From: Bacilli bacterium
Lineage (GTDB): Bacteria; Bacillota_I; Bacilli_A; RF39; JBKDZI01
DNA: 64,000 nt
Assembly (NCBI GenBank): GCA_047971215.1
Contig: JBKDZI010000025.1
Location: 8,704 to 72,703, forward strand
Direction: 5' to 3'
Both the position numbers and the translations under genes were made by a program. Below are positions 37,793 to 50,311 of this stretch, one piece after another. A model generated the notes under the pieces. The model was not told the origin of the DNA. It worked only from the letters and a program-made list of their open reading frames with translations, and made no database searches. The first letter of the stretch is position 1. Every line of letters begins with the position of its first letter.

Positions 37793-40307
37793 TAAACTTG
37801 TAATAGAACGTTTAAAAAAGAATAAAAATAGAAGTTTAGGTACTTTATTTGGTATAACATTATCCAGTATAATAGTTTGTTGTGTATTTTCGCTTCTTAT
37901 GACTTTTAGACTTTTAATAATTGATTCAATTACTATGGACCAGGGTCCTTATTATGCTTTTGTAACTTTAAAAGATAGTGATGATTTAAATGAGTTAAAA
38001 AAAGATGATAGAATAGAAAAATTATTAATTCAAAATGATTTAGGATACGCGGATAATAATCTTAATATTGATACAAAACCTTATTATGAAGTATCGCATA
38101 TTAATAATATTGGTTTAGATAGTCTAGATTTAGTAGAAGGAAAGCTTCCAACTAATGATAAAGAAGTTTTAATTCCGAAAAGTATGCCAAAAGTCAAAAT
38201 TGGTGATAAACTTAAGGTAAATATAGGAAAAGTTTATGATATAGTAACTAATACTACTACAAATGAAATTACAAATAAAAACGAAACTAACTACATAAAT
38301 AATTCAGATAAAATTAGTTTTGAAGAAGATGGAATAACTTATGAAGTTAGTCAAACTTTAGAAAATACTAAGGAACATAATTATATTGTAGTTGGTACGT
38401 ATAAAAGTAATAAATATGATAAAATGTATTTTCCTTATTATACATTATTATCTTATACTGAAGTTGGTACTTCTTTAGGTATTACAACTAAAAATCCAAA
38501 AGATATCTATAATTTTATTGAAAAAGATTATGAAGAAAATTTTGAAAGTTATGACTATAATACTCTACTACTTTTTTTAAATTTCGCAAGTAAAAATGAC
38601 AATGATAATTTAATTTTATTAAAAGTTGGTGGAGTAATTTCATTTATTGTAATGATTGTTTCGATACTGGTAATTTATAATGCTTTTGCTATGACATTTA
38701 TAGAACAAAAGAAGTTATATGGAATTCTTAGAAGTTTGGGATCAACAAAAAAACAAATTAGGCAATTTGTATATAAAGAGGGGTTATTCCTTTGTATTAT
38801 TGGTATACCACTTGGAATTTTTCTTTCAATTTTTGGTATAAATGTTGCTTTATACTTTATTAATAATCATATTTCTATAATTTCAGAAAGTAATATGAGT
38901 TTTAAATTTGTTTTTAATATTTATATTGTTATTTTAACAATTGTTTCTTGTATAATAACTGTATTTATTTCTTCATTACTACCAGCATATAGAGCAAGTA
39001 AAATTTCTCCTATTGAAGCCTTAACTGGTCAAGGAGATGTTAAAATATCTAAAAAGAAAATAAAAGCTGGTTTATTATCTAAAAACATATTTGGAGAAAT
39101 TGGTGTGCTTGCCTCAAAAAATTATAAACGAAGTAAATCAAAATATAGAATAACTTCAATTGCAATAGTAATGAGTATATTATTATTTATGATATTCAAT
39201 ACTTTCTTTAATTATATTAAAACAGGTCTTGAAGCAAATTTTAATCTATTAAATTTTAATTATTATGTAGAATCAAATAATAATAAGGAATTAAAAATAA
39301 TTGATAATAGTTTAAACAATAGTGAATATATTAAAGACTATTTGCATGTAAACAGAATATTTAATTATGAAGAAAATATTTTGGATGTCGATGTTTCTAA
39401 ATTAACAGATATTGGAAAAACAGCTATTTTAGAATTAGATAACAATCTATCTTATGGAATAAATATTTTAACAGAAGAGAGTATGAAAAAAATACTAAAT
39501 CAAGAAGGTTTAAAATATTCAAACTTCAATGATCAAAATAACCCTAGAGGTCTATATGTTAATAATATAAAACAGTATTTTAATAAAAAACATCATATTT
39601 TTAAATTATTTAAAAAAGATATATCTTCAGTAAAACTAAATAATAAAAATTTTGAAATGTACTCTATTAAAAATAATTATACAGGTATAGAAAATTATAA
39701 CTCAATTATAGATATTAATATTTATATAACAAAAGATATATTTGAAAAAATGTTTAAAGGTAATATTGATGGTGGAAATGTATTTTTAATTAACACAACA
39801 GATTCTAAAGGGCTTACAGATGAATTGAAAAATATAAATGAAAATATTGTTTATGAAGATATTTCAATACAACTTAAACTTATGAATGATGTGCTTTTAA
39901 TAATTGGGGTGTTTGTATATGGATTTATTATAGTAATTAGCTTTATAGGAATAATAAATATTTATAATACAATAAATTCAAATATAATACTTCGAAAAAG
40001 AGAAATTATGATATTAAGATCTGTTGGTATGACGAATAAACAAATGAAAACAATGATAATATACGAAACATTCTTATTTACTATTAAAGCTATTGTTTTA
40101 TCAATACCACTTACTTTTGCTTTTACTTATTTAATTCATATTTTATTTTCAGAGACATTATATACTGATTATAAATTTCCATTTATATCTTATGGATTAT
40201 GTATTGCACTAGTATTTATACTCGTTTACTTTGTTGCATATTTAACTGTTAAACATTTAAGTAAAAATGGAAATATCATTTCAAATATAAATTCAGATAA
40301 TTTATAA
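37779..40307 (+). CDS. ABC transporter permease with two FtsX-like domains (BceB/MacB-type, 10 TM)
   Basis: The protein is 842 aa, with two 4-TM FtsX modules and a large extracytoplasmic insertion. It is adjacent to its ATPase. Confidence 0.75.
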   Translation: MKITNKLVIERLKKNKNRSLGTLFGITLSSIIVCCVFSLLMTFRLLIIDSITMDQGPYYAFVTLKDSDDLNELKKDDRIEKLLIQNDLGYADNNLNIDTKPYYEVSHINNIGLDSLDLVEGKLPTNDKEVLIPKSMPKVKIGDKLKVNIGKVYDIVTNTTTNEITNKNETNYINNSDKISFEEDGITYEVSQTLENTKEHNYIVVGTYKSNKYDKMYFPYYTLLSYTEVGTSLGITTKNPKDIYNFIEKDYEENFESYDYNTLLLFLNFASKNDNDNLILLKVGGVISFIVMIVSILVIYNAFAMTFIEQKKLYGILRSLGSTKKQIRQFVYKEGLFLCIIGIPLGIFLSIFGINVALYFINNHISIISESNMSFKFVFNIYIVILTIVSCIITVFISSLLPAYRASKISPIEALTGQGDVKISKKKIKAGLLSKNIFGEIGVLASKNYKRSKSKYRITSIAIVMSILLFMIFNTFFNYIKTGLEANFNLLNFNYYVESNNNKELKIIDNSLNNSEYIKDYLHVNRIFNYEENILDVDVSKLTDIGKTAILELDNNLSYGINILTEESMKKILNQEGLKYSNFNDQNNPRGLYVNNIKQYFNKKHHIFKLFKKDISSVKLNNKNFEMYSIKNNYTGIENYNSIIDINIYITKDIFEKMFKGNIDGGNVFLINTTDSKGLTDELKNINENIVYEDISIQLKLMNDVLLIIGVFVYGFIIVISFIGIINIYNTINSNIILRKREIMILRSVGMTNKQMKTMIIYETFLFTIKAIVLSIPLTFAFTYLIHILFSETLYTDYKFPFISYGLCIALVFILVYFVAYLTVKHLSKNGNIISNINSDNL

Positions 40308-40383
40308 CTAACAAAACAACTATTTATATTTTTAGTTGTTTTTATTTTAAGTTCACATAAAAAATATGCTATAATCATACTAG

Positions 40384-42684
40384 GTGATGTATATGAATAT
40401 AAATACCATTAATGATAATTCAATTATAATAACAACCTTCCAAAAAAAAATGGAATTATTAAATAAAATAAAAAGTTTTTCAAAAATTAAAATATTCACA
40501 AAAGAAGAATTCTTAAAAGAATTCTTCTTTGAAATTGATAAAAATTCTATTTTAATATTATCAAAACAAACGGGATATGATTATGAATTTATTAAAATAT
40601 TATTAAATAATTTATTTTATCAAAGTAATACTGTATATTTTGATAAAATGAAAAATTTAAATAAAATATTAACTATACTCAAAAATGAAAAATTAGTTAT
40701 TAATAACAACTATTTTCAAAAATTTTTATCAAACAAAAAAATATATGTATATCTAGAAGAAAAAGATTTATTTTTATTAAAAATTCTAGAAAATTATAAT
40801 TATGAAATTATAAAAAAAGAAGTAGAAAAAACTAAAAAAATAATTTGCTATGAATTTGAAAATATTTTAGATGAAATTGTTTTTATTTCAGAAAAAATTG
40901 TTGTATTAATTAATGAAGGTATTAATATTAATAACATTAAAATAGTAAGTCTTTCAAAAGATTATAAAAATATTCTTTTACGTGTATTTGATAATTGTAA
41001 TTTGAATTTAATCTTTGAAAATGAAAATTCTATATATTCTTATGAAGAAACCCAATATTTTTTAAATTTATTGAATAACAACAATATAAAAGAATCATAC
41101 TTAAATTTAATTAAAAATTTTACTAATAATAAAATTACAACTGCTATTTGTTTAATTTTAAATAAATATAATTTTGAAAATTTGACTAAGTCTTTTTTAG
41201 AATATGAATTTAAAAATAATTATATTAATGTTGAATTAAATAATACAATTGAAGTTTTGCCATTAAATAAAGTTAATTCAACTGATTATGTATTTATAAT
41301 AGGGTTTAATGATGATACATATCCTAAAGTTTATTTAGATGATGATTATTTAAGTGATATAGAAAAAGAAAAATTATCAATACCTACAAGTATTGATAAG
41401 AATTTAGAAGAAAAAGAAAAATTAAAAAATCAGTTGTTATCAATTTCAAATTTGGTTTTAAGCTATTCTAAAAATATTGATTCTAAACAATTTAAAATTA
41501 GCAGTATTACAACATCAAATAACTTTGAAATAATAAAAGATTTAAAATTAGGATATACAAATTTTAAAAATACAAAATTCCAACTAGCATATGAACTAGA
41601 TAAATTTAATAAATTTAAAATTAAAACTCAAAATTTTAATTACATTTCAAAACTTTTAGATAATTCATTTTATAAAAGTTTTGATAATAGATTTTTAATA
41701 CTTAGTAAAAGTACGATTATTGATTTAACTAAAAAATTAAGTTTATCATATAATTCATTAAATAATTACTACAAATGTAATTATAAATTTTTACTTGATA
41801 ATTTGATAAAATTAGACGAATTTAAAAATGAAAAAATGATTATAGGAAATTTGTTTCATTTTTGTTTGGAAAAACTTTTTAAAAATGAATATGATGAAAT
41901 TAATATAGATATTGTTAAAAAATTTAGTGATGAATTTTATGAAGATAGAAAATTAAATGGTAAAGATAAAATATTTAAAAAAATATATGAAAATAAAATT
42001 TTAGAAGTAGCACAAAATATATTTTCACAAACGGAAAAAATGTCGTTTATTAGTGCTTTTTTTGAAAAAGAATTGTATTATGAAATGGATGGGGTTCCTA
42101 TAAAATCAATAGCTGATAAAATTTGTATTTCTGATAATTTAAATGATGAATATGCTTTTATCGTTGATTATAAAACTGGCTCTTTTGAACGAAAATATGA
42201 TTTAATTGATTTTGGAATTGATACACAACTTTTATTTTATGCATACTTAATATCTAAAACAATGAATTATAAAATTGCTGGTTTTTATTTCCAAAAAACA
42301 TTATATAATAAGGAAATAAATAAAAATGAAGTTAAATTTATGCTTGAAGGATATACAATTGAAGATGATAATATAGTTTCAAATATTGATAAATATTATA
42401 ATATTAATAGTTTTATTAAAAGTATAAAAATTGACAAAAAAACAGAAAAACTAAAAAATAATGAGTATGTTTTTGATAAAGTAGAGCTTAAAAATAATTT
42501 GGAAAAAATTGATTTTAACATTAAAAATGGTATTAAAAAAATTAAAGATGGTCAGTTTACGATTAATCCAAAAATTTATAAAAAGAAAAATATATCTTGT
42601 TCTTTTTGTCAATACTATGATATTTGTTATAAAAAATATAAGGATTTTGATTTTTTAAAGGGGGATAATGATGGGATGGACTAA
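40384..42684 (+). CDS. AddB/RexB-type helicase-nuclease subunit (short form)
   Basis: The C-terminal PD-(D/E)xK nuclease domain has Cys residues (CSFCQYYDIC) consistent with an AddB Fe-S cluster. It is immediately upstream of addA and overlaps it. Confidence 0.6.
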   Translation: MMYMNINTINDNSIIITTFQKKMELLNKIKSFSKIKIFTKEEFLKEFFFEIDKNSILILSKQTGYDYEFIKILLNNLFYQSNTVYFDKMKNLNKILTILKNEKLVINNNYFQKFLSNKKIYVYLEEKDLFLLKILENYNYEIIKKEVEKTKKIICYEFENILDEIVFISEKIVVLINEGININNIKIVSLSKDYKNILLRVFDNCNLNLIFENENSIYSYEETQYFLNLLNNNNIKESYLNLIKNFTNNKITTAICLILNKYNFENLTKSFLEYEFKNNYINVELNNTIEVLPLNKVNSTDYVFIIGFNDDTYPKVYLDDDYLSDIEKEKLSIPTSIDKNLEEKEKLKNQLLSISNLVLSYSKNIDSKQFKISSITTSNNFEIIKDLKLGYTNFKNTKFQLAYELDKFNKFKIKTQNFNYISKLLDNSFYKSFDNRFLILSKSTIIDLTKKLSLSYNSLNNYYKCNYKFLLDNLIKLDEFKNEKMIIGNLFHFCLEKLFKNEYDEINIDIVKKFSDEFYEDRKLNGKDKIFKKIYENKILEVAQNIFSQTEKMSFISAFFEKELYYEMDGVPIKSIADKICISDNLNDEYAFIVDYKTGSFERKYDLIDFGIDTQLLFYAYLISKTMNYKIAGFYFQKTLYNKEINKNEVKFMLEGYTIEDDNIVSNIDKYYNINSFIKSIKIDKKTEKLKNNEYVFDKVELKNNLEKIDFNIKNGIKKIKDGQFTINPKIYKKKNISCSFCQYYDICYKKYKDFDFLKGDNDGMD

Positions 42685-45600
42685 AGCTCAAGAAAAAGCA
42701 ATTTTTGGTAATGTAACTAATACAATTGTTAGTGCAGGTGCAGGTAGTGGTAAAACATTAGTTTTGTCTACTAGAATTTTAACTCACTTGAAAAATAATA
42801 TTGACGTTAGAAATTTAATTGTTTTGACATTTACAAATGCTGCTGCAAAGGAAATGAAAGAACGTGTAATTAAAAATATAAATAAAAACATAGATGAATT
42901 TCCAAAATTAAAAAAACAATTAAATTTTATTGAGAATGCTAGTATAACAACTTTCGATAGTTTTGCTTTATCTCTTGTTAAAAAACATCATTATTTAGTT
43001 AATTTAAATAAAAATATTTCTATTGTAGAAAAAAGTATAATTGAAATAAAAAAAGATGAAATATTAAATGAAATTTTTTTAGAATATTATGAAAATGATG
43101 ATTCTAAATTTGTAAATTTAATTGAAGAATTTTGTGTAAAAAATGATAATGATATTAAAAAACATATAAAAAACATTAGAAATCAAATTGATTTATTATA
43201 TGATAAAGAGGATTTTTTAAATAATTATATTAAAAACTATTATAATGATAAATTTATTAAAGGTTCAATAAATCAATTTGTAAATTTAATTGAAGTAAAA
43301 AAAATTAAGATTAAAAATTTATTAAATAATTGTTTTCAAATGAACACAAATGAAAAAATGTATGATTATTTTGATAAAATAAAAAGTAATTTAAGTTCAT
43401 TATTAAATGTATCTTGTTATAATGATTATTGTAATTTAAAAATAGAAATACCTAGAAGACCTTCTTGTCCAGATTTAGAAGAGGAAGAAAAACAATTAAT
43501 TAAATCTAATATAGATAATATTAAAAGTTTAATTGGAGAAATACAAAATTTTATTAATATTTTTACTAATGTAGATGAAGTTAAATATGGAATTTTAAGT
43601 ACAAAAGATAATGTAAAAATAATTATAGAAATAATTCAAAAGTTTGATAAGCGACTTATGGATTACAAATTAGAAATAAATAATTTTGAGTTTTCAGATA
43701 TATTTAGATTTGCAATTAATATAGTTAAAAATAATCAATTTATTCAAGACTTTTATAAAAGTAATATTTATGAAATAATGATTGATGAATATCAAGATAC
43801 TAGTAATATCCAAGACTATTTTATTAGTTTAATATCTAAAGAAAATACTTATATAGTCGGCGATGTAAAACAATCAATTTATGGGTTTAGAAATGCAAAT
43901 CCAAATATATTTATTCAAAAATATGATGATTTTTCATCTCATCAAACTTATAAAAAAATTGATATGAATAAAAATTTTAGGTCAAGAAAAGAAGTTATTA
44001 ATAATATTAATAAAATTTTTTCTTTAATTATGGATAAAGCAATTGGTGGAGTAAATTATAAATATAACGAAGAGCTAGAATATGGTAATAAAAATTATGA
44101 TATATGTGCTAATCAAAATTATAATATGGATATTTTAAATTATGATTTTTCTAATTTTAAAAAAGATTATTCAAAAACTGAAGTAGAAGCTTTTATAATT
44201 GGTAATGATATTAAAGAAAAAATAGAAAATAAATATCAAATTTTTGATAAAGATAAAAATATATTAAGAGATTCTACTTATAGTGATTTTACTATTTTAA
44301 TATCACAAAAAAAAGATTTTATACTTTATTATAAGATATTTAATTATTTAAATATACCACTTTTAATTCATAATTCTCAAAACTTTATAAATAGTGACGA
44401 AATATATACAATCAAAAATATTTTAAATTTAATATACTTATATAAAACTCATAATTTTTCTAATATTAAACATAGTTTATACAGCGTTTTAAGAAGTTTT
44501 GTGTATGGTTTTGATGATGAAACCATTATAAATTTAATTAATAATGAAAATATATTAAATGAAATTAAAGATTTAGAATTAATCCAAAAAGTTCAATTAA
44601 TATCATCACAAAATTTAAATTGTTATGAAACTTTGTTAAAAGTATATCAAATTTTTGGTATTTATGAAAAATCATGCACATTAGAAAATGTCGATTTTAT
44701 CCATAAAAGATTAGATTATTTACTTGATATTTCAAAGAAGATTAGTGAATTAGGATATAACTTACAAGAATTTATCGATTATTTAGAAATTCTAATTACT
44801 GATGAAAATTTAGATGTTGAATTTAATATGCAAGAAAAAAATGATTCAGTAGTTAACATAATGAGCATTCACAATTCTAAAGGATTAGAATATAATGTTT
44901 GTTATTTTAGTGGACTTGATTCAAAATTTAAATTAAATACAAAAGATCATTTCTTTTTCAATTATAATTATGGAATTATAATTCCCTTTAATAAAGACAA
45001 TCAATTATATGAGGGGCCTTATAAATATCTTATTAATGAAGATTATAAAATAAATGAAATCTCTGAAAGAATTCGCCTTTTTTATGTAGCTCTTACAAGA
45101 GCTTGTGAGAAAATTATTATGGTTTGTGATTTTAATAAAGAAAGCAATGTACATAATAATGAGTTTGTAAATAGTGATGTTAAAGAAAATTATTCATCGT
45201 TTTTAGATTTTTTAATATCAATTAAGAAAGAGCTGTCTTTATTTTCCAATATTATTAATATAGAAAATTTAAATATAACAGCAAATTATGAAATGTCAAA
45301 TTCTATTACTATTGAAAATAATATAATAAAACACGATTTTATTTCAATCAAAAGACCTATAATTGAAGAAGAAAAAATAAAAGAAATTACTTTAATAGAA
45401 AACGATATAAAAAAATCGATAGAATTTGGTACAAAACTTCATAAAATATTTGAATATTTTGATTATTCTAAAAAGGACATAACAAGGATAGAAATGGAAA
45501 ATAGAAAGTATATGGAAAAATTTTTAAATTCAGATTTAATAAAAAACTTTGAGATAGAAAATTACATAACAGAATATGAGTTTATAAAAGACAATAAACT

Positions 45601-45796
45601 ATATAAAATAGATTTGATTTTAGAATCTAAAGACAAAATTTTATTAATTGATTATAAACTTAAAAATTTATGATTAGATTATGATGAAAAAATATTGTTT
45701 TACGAAGATTTTGTAAAGAATATGACAAAAAAAGAAGTTTTAAGTTATTTATATAGTATAATTGATGGTAGTTATAGAAAAATAGAAAAGAGGAAA
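42668..45796 (+). CDS. addA: AddA/RexA UvrD-like helicase-nuclease; the last roughly 40 codons are in a shifted frame (45674..45796)
   Basis: Motif I is AGAGSGKT. UvrD motifs and the RecB-family nuclease motif LIDYK near the C-terminus are present. The main ORF stops at 45673. The remaining conserved tail (DYDEKILFYEDFVKN...) is readable only after a frame change. Confidence 0.7.
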
Positions 45797-45798
45797 TA

Positions 45799-46356
45799 AT
45801 GAAAGAAAAATATATAAACTTATTAAAAAGTACAAAAAGAGAAAATATTGAAAGTTTAATTTCATATTTAGAAAATGAAACAGATTTTTTTAAAGCTCCA
45901 GCAAGTAGTAGATTTCATGGAAACTATGAAGGAGGTCTTTTAGAACATAGCTTAAATGTTTATACTAGGTTAAGTTTATTAAATAAAATAGAAGAAAAAA
46001 AACTTAGTGAAGAATCAATAATTATATCATCACTTTTACATGATATTTGTAAAGTTAATATGTATGTAGTTGAACTTAGAAATACTAAAAATGAATGTGG
46101 AGAATGGATTAAAGTACCTTTTTTTAAAGCTTTTGATAAATCACCTTATGGTCATGGAGAAAAGTCAGTTAGAGAAATTGAAAAATTTATTAAAATATCT
46201 GAAGAAGAAGCATATGCAATAAGATGGCATATGGGAGCATTTGAAGGAGAGAGATTTTATAATTTAATTGATTCTGTATATACTTCAAATTTACTTGCAC
46301 TTCTTTTACATCATGCTGATGTTTATGCATCAAAAAGAATGGAAAAGACTGTTTAG
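45799..46356 (+). CDS. HD-domain phosphohydrolase
   Basis: H...HD motifs are present (SLLHDICK, RWHMGAF). Confidence 0.55.
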   Translation: MKEKYINLLKSTKRENIESLISYLENETDFFKAPASSRFHGNYEGGLLEHSLNVYTRLSLLNKIEEKKLSEESIIISSLLHDICKVNMYVVELRNTKNECGEWIKVPFFKAFDKSPYGHGEKSVREIEKFIKISEEEAYAIRWHMGAFEGERFYNLIDSVYTSNLLALLLHHADVYASKRMEKTV

Positions 46357-46364
46357 GAGGTTTT

Positions 46365-46982
46365 ATGTTTTCTTTTGAACATTTAATTTATGCAATCCCC
46401 ATATTACTTTTATCATTAACAGTACATGAATATGCTCATGCTTTTGTATCATATAAACTAGGCGATAAAAGAATAAAAGAAACAGGAAGATTATCATTAG
46501 ACGTTAGAAAACATATTGATCCAATAGGTTTTCTAGCACTAATTATTTTAGGTTTTGGTTGGGCTAAACCTGTGGAGGTATATCCTCAATATTATAAAAA
46601 TAAAGAAAATGGTGTGTTTTATGTAGCGCTAGCAGGACCGCTTTCAAATCTTTGTCTTGCAGCAATTGGTATTTTAATTCAAATTATATTATTACGATTA
46701 GAATTTTTCAATATTAATATATTTTCAGTTTTATCATATTTTTGGCAAATAAATATAGCGCTGTTTATATTTAATTTAATACCCGTAATTCCTTTAGATG
46801 GATCAAAAATATTAAATAGATTTTTACCTAATTATATCAAAGAATTATACGAAAAAATAAATATATTTTTAGTTATTATATTAATGTTTTGTTTGTTTTT
46901 CACTGGAATTTTCGACAATTTTCTTGTTGATGTTTATAACAAAATTATTTTTGATATTATATATAAATTTGGAGTATTTTAA
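46365..46982 (+). CDS. Site-2 protease family (peptidase M50) membrane metalloprotease
   Basis: The HEYAHA zinc-binding motif sits in the first TM helix, with multiple TM helices following. A later LDGS-type motif (PLDGSK) is also present. Confidence 0.6.
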   Translation: MFSFEHLIYAIPILLLSLTVHEYAHAFVSYKLGDKRIKETGRLSLDVRKHIDPIGFLALIILGFGWAKPVEVYPQYYKNKENGVFYVALAGPLSNLCLAAIGILIQIILLRLEFFNINIFSVLSYFWQINIALFIFNLIPVIPLDGSKILNRFLPNYIKELYEKINIFLVIILMFCLFFTGIFDNFLVDVYNKIIFDIIYKFGVF

Positions 46983-47020
46983 AATTAATTTTTTAAATAT
47001 AATTAAGTATAGGAGGATTT

Positions 47021-48475
47021 ATGAAATTTTATGAAATTATTAAAAATTATAAAGTAGATATTATTCAATCTAAAGAAACTACCATTAAACACTTAAGTAT
47101 TGATTCAAGAGATATAAAGGAAAATACAATGTTTTTTTGTATAGAAGGTTTAACTTTTGATGGTCATAACTACATTGATAAAGTTGTAAAAAAGGGAAGT
47201 AATACTATTGTTGTTAGTAAAAATTTAAAATTTTATCCTAAAGATATTGCTGTTGTTAAAGTTGATAATGTTAGAGAGTTTATGGTTCATTGTGCTTCAA
47301 ATTTTAATAATAACTCTCATCAGAATGTTAAAATGATTGGAGTAACTGGGACAAATGGTAAAACTTCAATTGTCCACTTTTTAAAAAGCGTTTTAGAAAA
47401 GAATAGTATAATTACTGGTTCAATTGGTACAGTTGGATTTAAAGTAGGAGATGAAATAATAGATAAAAGTGTTAAAACTTCTAGTTCTCCTGATACAATT
47501 GATTTACATGAAATTATTAATATAATGGTTAAAAAAGGTGCAACACATATAGCAATGGAAGTGACTTCTCATGCATTAGCATTAAATAAATGTTATGGAA
47601 TAAATTTTGAAGTTGGTATTTTTACTAATCTTACTCAAGATCATCTAGATTTTCATAAAACCATGGAAAATTATTGTGATGAAAAAGTTAAATTAATGAA
47701 AAAGTCTAATGTTAGTATAATAAATGTTGATGATAAATATGCTAATAAATTTATTGAAAATGCTAAAAATAAAGTTGTTACATATTCTATTAAAAATGAT
47801 TCTGATTTTAAAGCATCTAATATTATTTTTGAAAATAATTCTATTACATATAATTTAAAGTTTAATGAAAATATTTATAATGTTTATGTTCCAATACCTG
47901 GAGAATTTACAGTTTATAATACTCTTGCTACTATAGCAGCACTTGTAAATTTAGGTCTTAACATTGAAAGTATTATTAATACGTTTAAAAACATAAGCGG
48001 TGTTTTAGGCCGTATGCAAAGAGTTGAAAACGATAAAAATAAAACCATTATTATAGATTATGCTCATACTCCAGATGCTCTTGAAAATGTTATTAAGTCA
48101 ACTAAAAATTTTTCAAAAGGTAAAGTAATTACAGTATTTGGATGTGGTGGCAATAGAGATAAAACTAAAAGAAGTACAATGGGGAAAATTTCTGGGCAAT
48201 TATCTGATTTTACTATTGTTACCTCAGATAATCCAAGAAACGAAGATCCTAAAAGCATAGTTTTAGAAATTGAAAATGGAATAAAACAAGTTACAAAAAA
48301 TTATAATGTTTTAGTAAATAGATTTGATGCTATTAAAAAAGCAATAGAAATTGCTAATGAGCAAGATGTAGTAATTATTGCTGGAAAAGGACACGAAAAT
48401 TATCAAGAAATTTGTGGAGTAAAACATCATTTTGATGATTATGAGGTAGCAAAAGAAATATTGGAAAGCTTATGA
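47021..48475 (+). CDS. murE: UDP-N-acetylmuramoyl-L-alanyl-D-glutamate--2,6-diaminopimelate ligase
   Basis: The Mur ligase core is GVTGTNGKTS. The DNPR motif (SDNPRNEDP) indicates meso-DAP specificity. Confidence 0.85.
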   Translation: MKFYEIIKNYKVDIIQSKETTIKHLSIDSRDIKENTMFFCIEGLTFDGHNYIDKVVKKGSNTIVVSKNLKFYPKDIAVVKVDNVREFMVHCASNFNNNSHQNVKMIGVTGTNGKTSIVHFLKSVLEKNSIITGSIGTVGFKVGDEIIDKSVKTSSSPDTIDLHEIINIMVKKGATHIAMEVTSHALALNKCYGINFEVGIFTNLTQDHLDFHKTMENYCDEKVKLMKKSNVSIINVDDKYANKFIENAKNKVVTYSIKNDSDFKASNIIFENNSITYNLKFNENIYNVYVPIPGEFTVYNTLATIAALVNLGLNIESIINTFKNISGVLGRMQRVENDKNKTIIIDYAHTPDALENVIKSTKNFSKGKVITVFGCGGNRDKTKRSTMGKISGQLSDFTIVTSDNPRNEDPKSIVLEIENGIKQVTKNYNVLVNRFDAIKKAIEIANEQDVVIIAGKGHENYQEICGVKHHFDDYEVAKEILESL

Positions 48476-49806
48476 ATTTAAGTTTACTTGAAATTGAAAA
48501 AAGTGTATCTGGAAAATTATTTAATAAAAATGATGAAATAATAACAAATATCACAACAGATAGTAGAAAAATTAAAGAAAACACACTATTTATTCCCTTA
48601 AAAGGAGAAAATTTTGATGGTCATGATTTTATCTCTTCTACTTATAAAAATGGATGTTTATGTGTTTTATCTGAAAAAAGACTTGATATAAACAAACCAT
48701 ATATTTTAGTTAAAGATTGCTACAAAGCATTACTCGATTTAGCACAATATTATAAATCACTTTTTAATATTACTGCTATTGGTGTTACAGGAAGTGTTGG
48801 TAAAACTACTACTAAAGAAATGATTGCCTCTGTTTTAGAAACCAAATTTAATGTTTTAAAAAATGAAGCAAATTTTAATAATCATATTGGTCTACCACTT
48901 ACTGTTTTTAATCTTAATAAAACACATCAAATTTTAATTAATGAAATGGGCATGAATCATTTTAACGAGATAAATAAATTAAGTAAGGTAGTTTGTCCTA
49001 ATATTGCAGTTATTACAAATATTGGAACTGCTCATATAAAAAACCTTGGTAGTAGGAAAGGCATTTTAAAAGCAAAAATGGAAATACTTGAACATATTAA
49101 ACAAGAAGGCATTTTAATAGTAAATAGTGATGATGATTTATTATGTAATGTCAATTATAAAAATACTTTGTTTTATGGTATTAATAATAAATCTTGTATA
49201 AGAGCAAACAATATTGTTGAAAATGAGGATAATATTTCATTTGATTTATCTTATGATAATAAAGATATTAATGTAGTTTTAAATACCAGTGGTATTCATA
49301 TGGTTAAAAATGCTCTTTGTGCAGCATTAACTGGTTTTTCATTAGGTCTTTCAAAAGAGGAAATCAAATTAGGTCTTTCAAATTATAAAAATGCTGAAAG
49401 TAGATATGAAATAATAAAATTGAAAGATTTTACTTTTATTGATGATTCATATAATGCTTCATATGATTCAATAGTTGCTTCAATTACAGCTTTTTCAAAA
49501 AGAAAAGGTACTAAACTTTGTATTTTAGGAGATGTTTTTGAGGTAGGAAATCAATCAAAAACTATACATGAAAATATTGGTTTATTTTTAAATTCAGTTG
49601 ATATAGACAAAGCTATATTTATAGGAAAAAATTCTAAATTTGCATATGAAAAATGTAATTTAAATAAAGAATATTTTGATATATTAGAACAATTTTTGAC
49701 AATAGTAGATGAAAAAGTAAAAATTTTTGATAATGTTTTAACTAAAGCATCAAATGGAATGAAATTTAATCAAATCAAATCACATATTTTAAATACATAT
49801 AAATAA
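48472..49806 (+). CDS. murF: UDP-N-acetylmuramoyl-tripeptide--D-alanyl-D-alanine ligase
   Basis: The Mur ligase core GVTGSVGKTTTKEM is present. The gene follows murE with an ATGA overlap. Confidence 0.85.
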   Translation: MNLSLLEIEKSVSGKLFNKNDEIITNITTDSRKIKENTLFIPLKGENFDGHDFISSTYKNGCLCVLSEKRLDINKPYILVKDCYKALLDLAQYYKSLFNITAIGVTGSVGKTTTKEMIASVLETKFNVLKNEANFNNHIGLPLTVFNLNKTHQILINEMGMNHFNEINKLSKVVCPNIAVITNIGTAHIKNLGSRKGILKAKMEILEHIKQEGILIVNSDDDLLCNVNYKNTLFYGINNKSCIRANNIVENEDNISFDLSYDNKDINVVLNTSGIHMVKNALCAALTGFSLGLSKEEIKLGLSNYKNAESRYEIIKLKDFTFIDDSYNASYDSIVASITAFSKRKGTKLCILGDVFEVGNQSKTIHENIGLFLNSVDIDKAIFIGKNSKFAYEKCNLNKEYFDILEQFLTIVDEKVKIFDNVLTKASNGMKFNQIKSHILNTYK

Positions 49807-49858
49807 TTTTGTGCTATAATTTGTATAGAATACATATAAATATATAAAGGAGATGTTT

Positions 49859-50245
49859 ATGAATTATGGAAAAGTAGTTTTAATTGTAATAGCTTGTATT
49901 GCTTTAATTGGTATTGTTTTCAATTATAAAATAAATAATCATAATAATGTTGATGCATCAATTAAACAAATTTCTAGTGTAGATTTAATTAATTTTATGA
50001 GCGAAAATCCAAGCTATCAATATATTGATGTTAGAGAATTAGATGAAGTTTTAGATAGCTTTGTTGAAGGTTTTTCAAATATACCACTTGAAAATATTGA
50101 AAAAGGTAATTTTGCATTAAACAAAGATATACCAGTTGTTGTTTTATGTAGAAGTGGAAACAGAAGCATGGATGCAGCAAGAATTTTAATTAAGGATGGA
50201 TATAAAGTTTATAATGTTGAAGATGGAATTCTTGGAATGGAATAA
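49859..50245 (+). CDS. Rhodanese-domain protein with an N-terminal membrane anchor
   Basis: The active-site loop CRSGNRS is present. The start is chosen at the second ATG for RBS spacing. Confidence 0.55.
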   Translation: MNYGKVVLIVIACIALIGIVFNYKINNHNNVDASIKQISSVDLINFMSENPSYQYIDVRELDEVLDSFVEGFSNIPLENIEKGNFALNKDIPVVVLCRSGNRSMDAARILIKDGYKVYNVEDGILGME

Positions 50246-50311
50246 TTTAGTTGCATTATTCCTTTTTTTTTGATATATTTAATTAGTAATAGTTACTATT
50301 TTGGAGGGATT